A stretch of 64,000 bases of DNA from Eledone cirrhosa (Eukaryota). Position 1 is the first letter of the stretch; every line of letters begins with the position of its first letter. The notes beneath the pieces are model-generated. The model saw only the letters and a program-made list of their open reading frames with translations. It was not told where the DNA came from and made no database searches. The stretch lies in the NCBI GenBank assembly GCA_964016885.1, contig OZ024742.1, forward strand, positions 377,022,001 through 377,086,000, in the 5' to 3' direction. Made by a program: the position numbers and the translations under genes. Shown piece by piece: positions 26,580 through 41,400 of this stretch.

Positions 26580-29500
26580 ACACTTCATCCTATAGTAAAG
26601 ACTATAAAGTCCCAGGTCTCTACTGTGGTCGACACACTTCATCCTATATTAATGACTATAAAGTCCCAGGTCCCTACTGTGGCCGACACACTTCATACTA
26701 TAGTAAAGACTATAAAGTCCCAGGTCACTACTGTGGTCGACACACTTCATCCTATAGTAAAGACTATAAAGTCCCAGGTCACTACTGTGGTCGACACACT
26801 TCATCCTATAGTAAAGACTATAAAGTCACAGGTCACAACTGTGGTCGACACACTTCATCCTATAGTAAAGACTATAAAGTCCCAGGTCACTACTGTGGTC
26901 GACACACTTCATCCTATAGTAAAGACTATAAAGTCCCAGGTCACTACTGTGGTCGACACACTTCATCCTATAGTAAAGACTATAAAGTCCCAGGTCACTA
27001 CTGTGGTCGACACGCTTCATACTATAGTAAAGTCTATAAAGTCCCAGGTCACTACTGTGGTCGACACACTTCATGCTATAGTAAAGACTATAAAGTCCCA
27101 GGTCACTACTGTGGTCGACACACTTCATACTAGAGTAAAGACTATAAAGTCCCAGGTCACTACTGTGGTCGATACACTTCATACTATAGTAAAGACTATA
27201 AAGTCCCAGGTCACTACTGTGGTCGACACACTTCATCCTATATTAAAGACTATAAAGTCCCAGATCCCTACTGTGGTCGACACACTTCATCCTATAGTAA
27301 AGACTATAAAGTCCCAGGTCACTACTGTGGTCGACACACGTCATACTATAGTAAAGACTATAAAGTCCCAGGTCACTACTGTGGTCGACACACTTCATCC
27401 TACAGTAAAGACTATAAAGTCCCAGGTCACTACTGTGGTCGACACACTTCATACTATAGTAAAGACTATAAAGTCCCAGGTCCCTACTGTGGTCGACACA
27501 CTTCATCCTATAGTAAAGACTATAAAGTCCCAGGTCACTGCTGTGGTCGACACACTTCATCCTATAGTAAATACTATAAAGTCCCAGATCACTACTGTGG
27601 TCGACACACTTCATACTATAGTAAAGACTATAAAGTCCCAGGTCACTACTGTGGTCGACACACTTCATACTATAGTAAAGACTATAAAGTCCCAGGTCAC
27701 TACTGTCGTCGAAACACTTCATACTATAGTAAAGAATATAAAGTCCCAGGTCCCTACTGTGGTCGACACACTGCATCCTATAGTAAAGACTATAAAGTCC
27801 CAGGTCACTACTGTGGTCGACACACTTCATCCTATAGAAAAGACTATAAAGTCCCAGGTCCCTACTGTGGTCGACATACTTCATCCTATAGTAAAGACTA
27901 TAAAGTCCCAGGTCACTACTGTGGTCGACACACTTCATACTATAGTAAAGACTATAAAGTCCCAGGTCACTACTGTGGTCGACACACTTCATACTATAGT
28001 AAAGACTATAAAGTCCCAGGTCACTACTGTGGTCGACACACTTCATCCTATAGTAAAGACTATAAAGTCCCAGGTCCCTACTGTGGTCGACATACTTCAT
28101 CCTATAGTAAAGACTATAAAGACCCAGGTCACTACTGTGGTCGACACACTTCATCCTATAGTAAAGACTATAAAGTCACAGGTCACAACTGTGGTCGACA
28201 GACTTCATCCTATAGTAAAGACTATAAAGCCCCAGGTCACTACTGTGGTCGACACACTTCATACTATAGTAAAGACTATAAAGTCCCAGGTCACTACTGT
28301 GGTCGACACACTTCAACCTATAGTAAAGACTATAAAGTCCCAGGTCACTACTGTGGTCGACACACTTCATCCTATATTAAAGACTATGAAGTCCCAGGTC
28401 CCTACTGTGGTCGACACACTTCATACTATAGTAAAGACTATAAAGTCCCAGGTCACTACTGTGGTCGACACATTCATACTATAGTAAAGACTATAAAGTC
28501 CCAGGTCATTGCTGTGGTCGACACACTTCATCATATAGTAAAGACTATAAAGTCCCAGGTCACTACTGTGGTCGACACACTTAATACTATAGTAAAAACT
28601 ATAAAGTCCCAGGTCACTACTGTGGTCGACACACTTCATACTATAGTAAAGACTATAAAGTCCCAGGTGACTACTGTGGTCGACACACTTCATACTATAG
28701 TAAAGACTATAAAGTCCCAGGTCACTACTGTGGTCGACACACTTCATCCTATAGTAAAGACTATAAAGTCCCAGGTCACTACTGTGGCCGACACACTTCA
28801 TACTATAGTAAAGACTATAAAGTCCCAGGTCACTACTGTGGTCGACACACTTCATCCTATATTAAAGACTATGAAGTCCCAGGTCACTACTGTGGTCGAC
28901 ACACTTTATCCTACAGTAAAGACTATAAAGTCCCAGGTCACTACTGTGGTCGACACACTTCATCCTATAGTAAAGAGTATAAAGTCCCAGGTCACTACTG
29001 TGGTCGACACACTTCATCCTATATTAAAGACTATAAAGTCCCAGGTCCCTACTGTGGTCGACACACTTCATACTATAGTAAAGACTATAAAGTCCCAGGT
29101 CACTACTGTGGTCGACACACTTCATCCTATAGTAAAGACTATAAAGTCCCAGGTCACTACTGTGGTCTACACACTTCATCCTACAGTAAAGACTATAAAG
29201 TCCCAGGTCACTACTGTGGTCGACACACTTCATCCTATAGTAAAGAGTATAAAGTCCCAGGTCACTACTGTGGTCGACACACTTCATACTATAGTAAAGA
29301 CTATAAAGTCCCAGGTCATTGCTGTGGTCGACACACTTCATCCTATAGTAAAGATTATAAAGTCCCAGGTCACTACTGTGGTCGACACACTTCATCCTAT
29401 AGTAAAGACTATAAAGTCCCAGGTCACTACTGTGGTCTACACACTTCATCCTATATTAAAGACTATAAAGTCCCAGGTCACTACTGTGGTCGACACACTT

Positions 29501-32500
29501 CATACTATAGTAAAGACTATAAAGTCCCAGGTCACTACTGTGGTCGACACACTTCATACTATAGTAAAGACTATAAAGTCCCAGGTCATTGCTGTGGTCG
29601 ACACACTTCATCCTATAGTAAAGATTATAAAGTCCCAGGTCACTACTGTGGTCGACACACTTAATACTATAGTAAAGACTATAAAGTCCCAGGTCACTAC
29701 TGTGGTCGACACACTTCATCCTATATTAAAGACTATGAAGTCCCAGGTCCCTACTGTGGTCGACACACTTCATACTATAGTAAAGACTATAAAGTCCCAG
29801 GTCACTACTGTGGTCGAGACACTTCATACTATAGTAAAGACTATAAAGTCCCAGGTCATTGCTGTGGTCGACACACTTCATCCTATAGTAAAGACTATAA
29901 AGTCCCAGGTCACTACTGTGGTCGACACACTTAATACTATAGTAAAAACGATAAAGTCCCAGGTCACTACTGTGGTCGACACACTTCATACTATAGTAAA
30001 GACTATAAAGTCCCAGGTGACTACTGTGGTCGACACACTTCATACTATAGTAAAGACTATAAAGTCCCAGGTCACTACTGTGGTCGACACACTTCATACT
30101 ATAGTAAAGACTATAAAGTCCCAGGTCACTACTGAGGTCGACACACTTCAACCTTTAGTAAAGACTATAAAGTCCCAGGTCACTACTATGGTCGACACAC
30201 TTCATCCTATAGTAAAGACTATAAAGTCCCAGGTCACTACTGTGGTCGAGACACTTCATACTATAGTAAAGACTATAAAGTCCCAGGTCATTGCTGTGGT
30301 CGACACACTTCATCCTATAGTAAAGACTATAAAGTCCCAGGTCACTACTGTGGTCGACACACTTAATACTATAGTAAAAACTATAAAGTCCCAGGTCACT
30401 ACTGTGGTCGACACACTTCATACTATAGTAAAGACTATAAAGTCCCAGGTGACTACTGTGGTCGACACACTTCATACTATAGTAAAGACTATAAAGTCCC
30501 AGGTCACTACTGTGGTCGACACACTTCATACTATAGTAAAGACTATAAAGTCCCAGGTCACTACTGTGGTCGACACACTTCATACTATAGTAAAGACTAT
30601 AAAGTCCCAGGTCACTACTGAGGTCGACACACTTCAACCTTTAGTAAAGACTATAAAGTCCCAGGTCACTACTGTGGTTTTCACACTTCATCCTATAGTA
30701 AGGACTATAAAGTCACAGGTCACTACTATGGTCGACACACTTCATCCTATAGTAAAGACTATAAAGCCCCAGGTCACTACTGTGGTCGACACACTTCATC
30801 CTATAGTAAAGGCTATAAAGTCCCAGGTCACTAATATGGTCGACACACTTCATACTATAGTAAAGACTATAAGGTCCCAGGTCACTACTGTGGTCGACAC
30901 ACTTCATCCTATATTAAAGACTATAAAGTCCCAGGTCACTACTGTGGTCGACACACTTCATACTATAGTAAAGAATATAAAGTCCCAGGTCACTACTGTG
31001 GTCGACACACTTCATACTATAGTAAAGACTATAAAGTCCCAGGTCACTACTGTGGTCGACACAATTCATACTATAGTAAAGACTATAAAGTCCCAGGTCA
31101 CTACTGTGGTCGCCACACTTCATCCTATAGTAAAGAATATAAAGTCCCAGGTCCCTACTGTGGTCGACACACTTTATACTATAGTAAAGACTATAAAGTC
31201 CCAGGTCACTACTGTGGTCGCCACACTTCATCCTATATTAAAGACTATAAAGTCCCAGGTCACTACTGTGGTCGACACACTTCATCCTATAGTAAAGACT
31301 ATAAAGTCCCAGGTCACTACTGTGGTCGACACACTTCATCCTATAGTAAAGAATATAAAGTCCCAGGTCCCTACTGTGGTCGACACACTTCATACTATAG
31401 TAAAGACTATAAAGTCCCAGGTCACTCCTGTGGTCGCCACACTTCATCCTATATTAAAGACTATAAAGTCCCAGGTCACTACTGTGGTCGACACACTTCA
31501 TCCTATATTAAAGACTATAAAGTCCCAGGTCACTACTGTGGTCGACACACTTCATCCTATAGTAAAGACTATGAAGTCCCAGGTCACTACTGTGGTCGAC
31601 ACACTTCATACTATAGTAAAGACTATAAAGTCCCAGGTCACTACTGTGGTGGACACACTTCAACCTATAGTAAAGACTATAAAGTCCCAGGTCACTACTG
31701 TGGTCGACACACTTCATACTATAGTAAAGACTGTAAAGTCCCAGGTCACTACTGTGGTCGACACACTTCATCCTATAGTAAAGACTATAAAGTCCCAGGT
31801 CACTACTGTGGTCGACACACTTCATCCTATAGTAAAGACTATAAAGTCACAGGTCACAACTGTGGTCGACACACTTCATCCTATAGTAAAGACTATAAAG
31901 TCCCAGGTCACTACTGTGGTCGACACACATCATACTATAGTAAAGACTATAAAGTCCCAGGTCACCATTATGGTCGAAACACTTCATCCTATAGTAAAGA
32001 CTATAAAGTCCCAGGTCACTACTGTGGTCGACACACTTCATCCTATAGTAAAGACTATAAAGTCCCAGGTCACTACTGTGGTCGACACACTTCATCCTAT
32101 AGTAAAGATAATAAAGTCCCAGGTCACTACTGTGGTCGACACACTTCATACTATAGTAAAGACTATAAAGTCCCAGGTCACTACTGTGGTCGACACACTT
32201 CATACTACAGTAAAGACAATAAAGTCCCAGGTCACTACTGTGGTCGACACACTTCATCCTATAGTAAAGACTATAAAGTCCCAGGTCACTACTGTGGTCG
32301 ACACACTTCATCCTATAGTAAAGACTATAAAGTCCCAGGTCTCTACTGTGGTCGACACACTTCATCCTATATTAATGACTATAAAGTCCCAGGTCCCTAC
32401 TGTGGCCGACACACTTCATACTATAGTAAAGACTATAAAGTCCCAGGTCACTACTGTGGTCGACACACTTCATCCTATAGTAAAGACTATAAAGTCCCAG

Positions 32501-35500
32501 GTCACTACTGTGGTCGACACACTTCATCCTATAGTAAAGACTATAAAGTCACAGGTCACAACTGTGGTCGACACACTTCATCCTATAGTAAAGACTATAA
32601 AGTCCCAGGTCACTACTGTGGTCGACACACTTCATCCTATAGTAAAGACTATAAAGTCCCAGGTCACTACTGTGGTCGACACACTTCATCCTATAGTAAA
32701 GACTATAAAGTCCCAGGTCACTACTGTGGTCGACACGCTTCATACTATAGTAAAGTCTATAAAGTCCCAGGTCACTACTGTGGTCGACACACTTCATGCT
32801 ATAGTAAAGACTATAAAGTCCCAGGTCACTACTGTGGTCGACACACTTCATACTAGAGTAAAGACTATAAAGTCCCAGGTCACTACTGTGGTCGATACAC
32901 TTCATACTATAGTAAAGACTATAAAGTCCCAGGTCACTACTGTGGTCGACACACTTCATCCTATATTAAAGACTATAAAGTCCCAGATCCCTACTGTGGT
33001 CGACACACTTCATCCTATAGTAAAGACTATAAAGTCCCAGGTCACTACTGTGGTCGACACACGTCATAATATAGTAAAGACTATAAAGTCCCAGGTCACT
33101 ACTGTGGTCGACACACTTCATCCTACAGTAAAGACTATAAAGTCCCAGGTCACTACTGTGGTCGACACACTTCATACTATAGTAAAGACTATAAAGTCCC
33201 AGGTCCCTACTGTGGTCGACACACTTCATCCTATAGTAAAGACTATAAAGTCCCAGGTCACTGCTGTGGTCGACACACTTCATCCTATAGTAAATACTAT
33301 AAAGTCCCAGATCACTACTGTGGTCGACACACTTCATACTATAGTAAAGACTATAAAGTCCCAGGTCACTACTGTGGTCGACACACTTCATACTATAGTA
33401 AAGACTATAAAGTCCCAGGTCACTACTGTCGTCGAAACACTTCATACTATAGTAAAGAATATAAAGTCCCAGGTCCCTACTGTGGTCGACACACTGCATC
33501 CTATAGTAAAGACTATAAAGTCCCAGGTCACTACTGTGGTCGACACACTTCATCCTATAGAAAAGACTATAAAGTCCCAGGTCCCTACTGTGGTCGACAT
33601 ACTTCATCCTATAGTAAAGACTATAAAGTCCCAGGTCACTACTGTGGTCGACACACTTCATACTATAGTAAAGACTATAAAGTCCCAGGTCACTACTGTG
33701 GTCGACACACTTCATACTATAGTAAAGACTATAAAGTCCCAGGTCACTACTGTGGTCGACACACTTCATCCTATAGTAAAGACTATAAAGTCCCAGGTCC
33801 CTACTGTGGTCGACATACTTCATCCTATAGTAAAGACTATAAAGACCCAGGTCACTACTGTGGTCGACACACTTCATCCTATAGTAAAGACTATAAAGTC
33901 CCAGGTCACTACTGTGGTCGACACACTTCATACTATAGTAAAGACTATAAAGTCCCAGGTCACTACTGTGGTCGACACACTTCATCCTATAGTAAAGACT
34001 ATAAAGTCCCAGGTCCCTACTGTGGTCGACATACTTCATCCTATAGTAAAGACTATAAAGTCCCAGGTCACTACTGTGGTCGACACACTTCATCCTATAG
34101 TAAAGACTATAAAGTCACAGGTCACAACTGTGGTCGACAGACTTCATCCTATAGTAAAGACTATAAAGTCCCAGGTCACTACTGTGGTCGACACACTTCA
34201 TACTATAGTAAAGACTATAAAGTCCCAGGTCACTACTGTGGTCGACACACTTCATCCTATAGTAAAGACTATAAAGCCCCAGGTCACTACTGTGGTCGAC
34301 ACACTTCATACTATAGTAAAGACTATAAAGTCCCAGGTCACTACTGTGGTCGACACACTTCAACCTATAGTAAAGACTATAAAGTCCCAGGTCACTACTG
34401 TGGTCGACACACTTCATCCTATATTAAAGACTATGAAGTCCCAGGTCCCTACTGTGGTCGACACACTTCATACTATAGTAAAGACTATAAAGTCCCAGGT
34501 CACTACTGTGGTCGACACATTCATACTATAGTAAAGACTATAAAGTCCCAGGTCATTGCTGTGGTCGACACACTTCATCCTATAGTAAAGACTATAAAGT
34601 CCCAGGTCACTACTGTGGTCGACACACTTAATACTATAGTAAAAACTATAAAGTCCCAGGTCACTACTGTGGTCGACACACTTCATACTATAGTAAAGAC
34701 TATAAAGTCCCAGGTGACTACTGTGGTCGACACACTTCATACTATAGTAAAGACTATAAAGTCCCAGGTCACTACTGTGGTCGACACACTTCATCCTATA
34801 GTAAAGACTATAAAGTCCCAGGTCACTACTGTGGCCGACACACTTCATACTATAGTAAAGACTATAAAGTCCCAGGTCACTACTGTGGTCGACACACTTC
34901 ATCCTATATTAAAGACTATGAAGTCCCAGGTCACTACTGTGGTCGACACACTTTATCCTACAGTAAAGACTATAAAGTCCCAGGTCACTACTGTGGTCGA
35001 CACACTTCATCCTATAGTAAAGAGTATAAAGTCCCAGGTCACTACTGTGGTCGACACACTTCATCCTATATTAAAGACTATGAAGTCCCAGGTCCCTACT
35101 GTGGTCGACACACTTCATACTATAGTAAAGACTATAAAGTCCCAGGTCACTACTGTGGTCGACACACTTCATCCTATAGTAAAGACTATAAAGTCCCAGG
35201 TCACTACTGTGGTCTACACACTTCATCCTATAGTAAAGACTATAAAGTCCCAGGTCACTACTGTGGTCGACACACTTCATACTATAGTAAAGACTATAAA
35301 GTCCCAGGTCACTACTGTGGTCGACACACTTCATACTATAGTAAAGACTATAAAGTCCCAGGTCATTGCTGTGGTCGACACACTTCATCCTATAGTAAAG
35401 ATTATAAAGTCCCAGGTCACTACTGTGGTCGACACACTTAATACTATAGTAAAGACTATAAAGTCCCAGGTCACTACTGTGGTCGACACACTTCATCCTA

Positions 35501-38420
35501 TATTAAAGACTATGAAGTCCCAGGTCCCTACTGTGGTCGACACACTTCATACTATAGTAAAGACTATAAAGTCCCAGGTCACTACTGTGGTCGAGACACT
35601 TCATACTATAGTAAAGACTATAAAGTCCCAGGTCATTGCTGTGGTCGACACACTTCATCCTATAGTAAAGACTATAAAGTCCCAGGTCACTACTGTGGTC
35701 GACACACTTAATACTATAGTAAAAACGATAAAGTCCCAGGTCACTACTGTGGTCGACACACTTCATACTATAGTAAAGACTATAAAGTCCCAGGTGACTA
35801 CTGTGGTCGACACACTTCATACTATAGTAAAGACTATAAAGTCCCAGGTCACTACTGTGGTCGACACACTTCATACTATAGTAAAGACTATAAAGTCCCA
35901 GGTCACTACTGAGGTCGACACACTTCAACCTTTAGTAAAGACTATAAAGTCCCAGGTCACTACTATGGTCGACACACTTCATCCTATAGTAAAGACTATA
36001 AAGTCCCAGGTCACTACTGTGGTCGAGACACTTCATACTATAGTAAAGACTATAAAGTCCCAGGTCATTGCTGTGGTCGACACACTTCATCCTATAGTAA
36101 AGACTATAAAGTCCCAGGTCACTACTGTGGTCGACACACTTAATACTATAGTAAAAACTATAAAGTCCCAGGTCACTACTGTGGTCGACACACTTCATAC
36201 TATAGTAAAGACTATAAAGTCCCAGGTGACTACTGTGGTCGACACACTTCATACTATAGTAAAGACTATAAAGTCCCAGGTCACTACTGTGGTCGACACA
36301 CTTCATACTATAGTAAAGACTATAAAGTCCCAGGTCACTACTGTGGTCGACACACTTCATACTATAGTAAAGACTATAAAGTCCCAGGTCACTACTGTGG
36401 TCGACACACTTCATACTATAGTAAAGAATATAAAGTCCCAGGTCACTACTGTGGTCGACACACTTCATACTATAGTAAAGACTATAAAGTCCCAGGTCAC
36501 TACTGTGGTCGACACAATTCATACTATAGGAAAGACTATAAAGTCCCAGGTCACTACTGTGGTCGACACACTTCATCCTATAGTAAAGACTATAAAGTCC
36601 CAGGTCACTACTGTGGTCGACACACTTCATCCTATAGTAAAGACTATAAAGTCCCAGGTCACTACTGAGGTCGACACACTTCAACCTTTAGTAAAGACTA
36701 TAAAGTCCCAGGTCACTACTGTGGTTTTCACACTTCATCCTATAGTAAGGACTATAAAGTCACAGGTCACTACTATGGTCGACACACTTCATCCTATAGT
36801 AAAGACTATAAAGCCCCAGGTCACTACTGTGGTCGACACACTTCATCCTATAGTAAAGGCTATAAAGTCCCAGGTCACTAATATGGTCGACACACTTCAT
36901 ACTATAGTAAAGACTATAAGGTCCCAGGTCACTACTGTGGTCGACACACTTCATCCTATATTAAAGACTATAAAGTCCCAGGTCACTACTGTGGTCGACA
37001 CACTTCATACTATAGTAAAGAATATAAAGTCCCAGGTCACTACTGTGGTCGACACACTTCATACTATAGTAAAGACTATAAAGTCCCAGGTCACTACTGT
37101 GGTCGACACAATTCATACTATAGTAAAGACTATAAAGTCCCAGGTCACTACTGTGGTCGCCACACTTCATCCTATAGTAAAGAATATAAAGTCCCAGGTC
37201 CCTACTGTGGTCGACACACTTTATACTATAGTAAAGACTATAAAGTCCCAGGTCACTACTGTGGTCGCCACACTTCATCCTATATTAAAGACTATAAAGT
37301 CCCAGGTCACTACTGTGGTCGACACACTTCATCCTATAGTAAAGACTATAAAGTCCCAGGTCACTACTGTGGTCGACACACTTCATCCTATAGTAAAGAA
37401 TATAAAGTCCCAGGTCCCTACTGTGGTCGACACACTTCATACTATAGTAAAGACTATAAAGTCCCAGGTCACTCCTGTGGTCGCCACACTTCATCCTATA
37501 TTAAAGACTATAAAGTCCCAGGTCACTACTGTGGTCGACACACTTCATCCTATATTAAAGACTATAAAGTCCCAGGTCACTACTGTGGTCGACACACTTC
37601 ATCCTATAGTAAAGACTATGAAGTCCCAGGTCACTACTGTGGTCGACACACTTCATACTATAGTAAAGACTATAAAGTCCCAGGTCACTACTGTGGTGGA
37701 CACACTTCAACCTATAGTAAAGACTATAAAGTCCCAGGTCACTACTGTGGTCGACACACTTCATACTATAGTAAAGACTGTAAAGTCCCAGGTCACTACT
37801 GTGGTCGACACACTTCATCCTATAGTAAAGACTATAAAGTCCCAGGTCACTACTGTGGTCGACACACTTCATCCTACAGTAAAGACTATAAAGTCCCAGG
37901 TCACTACTGTGGTCGACACACTTCATCCTATAGTAAAGTCTATAAAGTCCTAGGTCACTACTGTGGTCGACACACTTCATACTATAGTAAAGACAATAAA
38001 GTCCCAGGTCACTACTGTCGTCGACATACTTCATCCTATAGTAAAGACTATAAAGTCCCAGGTCACTACTGTGGTCGACACACTTCATACTATAGTAAAG
38101 ACTATAAAGTCCCAGGTCACCATTATGGTCGAAACACTTCATCCTATAGTAAAGACTATAAAGTCCCAGGTCACTACTGTGGTCGACACACTTCATCCTA
38201 TAGTAAAGACTATAAAGTCCCAGGTCACTACTGTGGTCGACACACTTCATCCTATAGTAAAGATAATAAAGTCCCAGGTCACTACTGTGGTCGACACACT
38301 TCATACTATAGTAAAGACTATAAAGTCCCAGGTCACTACTGTGGTCGACACACTTCATACTACAGTAAAGACAATAAAGTCCCAGGTCACTACTGTGGTC
38401 GACACACTTCATCCTATAGT
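26580..38420. repeat. ~5.7-6.15 kb tandem higher-order duplication
   Basis: Shared markers at offsets 5723, 5777, 6047 and 6155 (each n x 54 - 1), including the GACACA^TTCAT deletion at 28472/34519. Confidence 0.85.
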
Positions 38421-41400
38421 AAAGACTATAAAGTCCCAGGTCACTACTGTGGTCGACACACTTCATACTATAGTAAAGACTATGAAGTCCCAGGTCACTA
38501 CTGTGGTTTTCACACTTCATCCTATAGTAAAGACTATAAAGTCCCAGGTCACTACTGTGGTCGACACACTTCATCCTATAGTAAAGACTATGAAGTCCCA
38601 GGTCACTAATGTGGTTTTCAAACTTCATCCTATAGTAAAGTTAATAAAGTCCCAGGTCACTACTGTGGTCGACACACTTCATACTATAGTAAAGACTATA
38701 AAGTCCCAGGTCACTACTGTGGTCGACACACTTCAACCTATAGTAAAGACTATAAAGTCCCAGGTCACTACTGTGGTCGACACACTTCATACTATAGTAA
38801 AGACTATAAAGTCGCAGGTCATTGCTGTGGTCGACACACTTCATCCTATAGTAAAGATTATAAAGTCCCAGGTCACTACTGTGGTCGACACACTTAATAC
38901 TATAGTAAGACTATAAAGTCCCAGGTCACTACTGTGGTCGACACACTTCATCCTATATTAAAGACTATGAAGTCCCAGGTCCCTACTGTGGTCGACACAC
39001 TTCATACTATAGTAAAGACTATAAAGTCCCAGGTCACTACTGTCGTCGACACACTTCATACTTTAGTAAAGACTATAAAGTCCCAGGTCATTGCTGTGGT
39101 CGACACACTTCATCCTATAGTAAAGACTATAAAGTCCCAGGTCACTACTGTGGTCGACACACTTAATACTATAGTAAAAACTATAAAGTCCCAGGTCACT
39201 ACTGTGGTCGACACACTTCATACTATAGTAAAGACTATAAAGTCCCAGGTGACTACTGTGGTCGACACACTTCATACTATAGTAAAGACTATAAAGTCCC
39301 AGGTCACTACTGTGGTCGACACACTTCATCCTATAGTAAAGACTATAAAGTCCCAGGTCACTACTGTGGTCGACACACTTCATACTATAGTAAAGACTAT
39401 AAAGTCCCAGGTCACTACTGTGGTCGACACACCTCATCCTATATTAAAGACTATGAAGTCCCAGGTCCCTACTGTGGTCGACACACTTAATACTATATTA
39501 AAGACTATAAAGCCCCAGGTCACTACTGTGGGCGACACACTTCACACTATAGTAAAGACTATAAAGTCCCAGGTCACTACTGTGGTCGACACACTTCATC
39601 CTATAGTAAAGACTATAAAGTCCCAGGTCACTACTGTGGTCGACATACTTCATACTATAGTAAAAACTATAATGTCCCAGGTCACTACTGTGGTCGACAC
39701 ACTTCATACTATAGTAAAGACTATAAATTCCCAGGTCACTACTGTGGTCGACACACTTCATACTATAGTAAAGACTATAAAGTCCCAGGTCACTACTGTG
39801 GTCGACACACTTCATCCTATAGTAAAGACTATAAAGTCCCAGGTCACTACTGTGGTCGACACACTTCATCCTATAGTAAAGACTATAAAGTCCCAGGTCA
39901 CTACTGTGGTCGACACACTTCATACTATAGTAAAGACTATACAGTCCCAGGTCACTAATGTGGTCGACACACTTCATACTATAGTAAAGACTATAAAGTC
40001 CCAGGTCACTACTGTGGTCGACACACTTCATACTATAGTAAAGACTATAAAGTCCCAGGTCACTACTGTGGTCGACACAATTCATCCTATAGTAAAGACT
40101 ATAAAGTCCCAGGTCACTACTGTGGTCGACACACTTCATCCTATAGTAAAGACTATAAAGTCCCAGGTCACTACTGTGGTCGACACACTTCATACTATAG
40201 TAAAGACTATAAAGTCCCAGGTCACTACTGTGGTCGACACACTCCATCCTATAGTAAAGACTATAAAGTCCCAGGTCACTACTGTGGTTGACACACTTCA
40301 TCCTATAGTAAAGACTATAAAGTCCCAGGTCACTACTGAGGTCGACACACTTCAACCTTTAGTAAAGACTATAAAGTACCAGGTCACTACTATGGTCGAC
40401 ACACTTCATCCTATAGTAAAGACTATAAAGTCCCAGGTCACTACTGTGGTCGACACACTTCATACTATAGTAAAGACTATAAAGTCCCAGGTCACTACTG
40501 TGGTCGACACACTTCATACTATAGTAAAGACTATAAACTCCCAGGTCACTACTGTGGTCGACACACTTCATACTATAGTAAAGAATATAAAGTCCCAGGT
40601 CACTACTGTGGTCGACACACTTCATACTATAGTAAAGACTATAAAGTCCCAGGTCACTACTGTGGTCGACACAATTCATACTACAGTAAAGACTATAAAG
40701 TCCCAGGTCACTACTGTGGTCGACACACTTCATCCTATAGTAAAGACTATAAAGTCCCAGGTCACTACTGTGGTCGACACACTTCATCCTATAGTAAAGA
40801 CTATAAAGTCCCAGGTCACTACTGAGGTCGACACACTTCAACCTTTAGTAAAGACTATAAAGTCCCAGGTCACTACTGTGGTTTTCACACTTCATCCTAT
40901 AGTAAGGACTATAAAGTCACAGGTCACTACTATGGTCGACACACTTCATCCTATAGTAAAGACTATAAAGCCCCAGGTCACTACTGTGGTCGACACACTT
41001 CATCCTATAGTAAAGGCTATAAAGTCCCAGGTCACTAATATGGTCGACACACTTCATACTATAGTAAAGACTATAAAGTCCCAGGTCACTACTGTGGTCG
41101 ACACACTTCATCCTATATTAAAGATTATAAAGTCCCAGGTCACTACTGTGGTCGACACACTTCATACTATAGTAAAGAATATAAAGTCCCAGGTCACTAC
41201 TGTGGTCGACACACTTCATACTATAGTAAAGACTATAAAGTCCCAGGTCACTACTGTGGTCGACACAATTCATACTATAGTAAAGACTATAAAGTCCCAG
41301 GTCACTACTGTGGTCGCCACACTTCATCCTATAGTAAAGACTATAAAGTCCCAGGTCACTACTGTGGTCGACACACTTCATCCTATAGTAAAGACTATAA

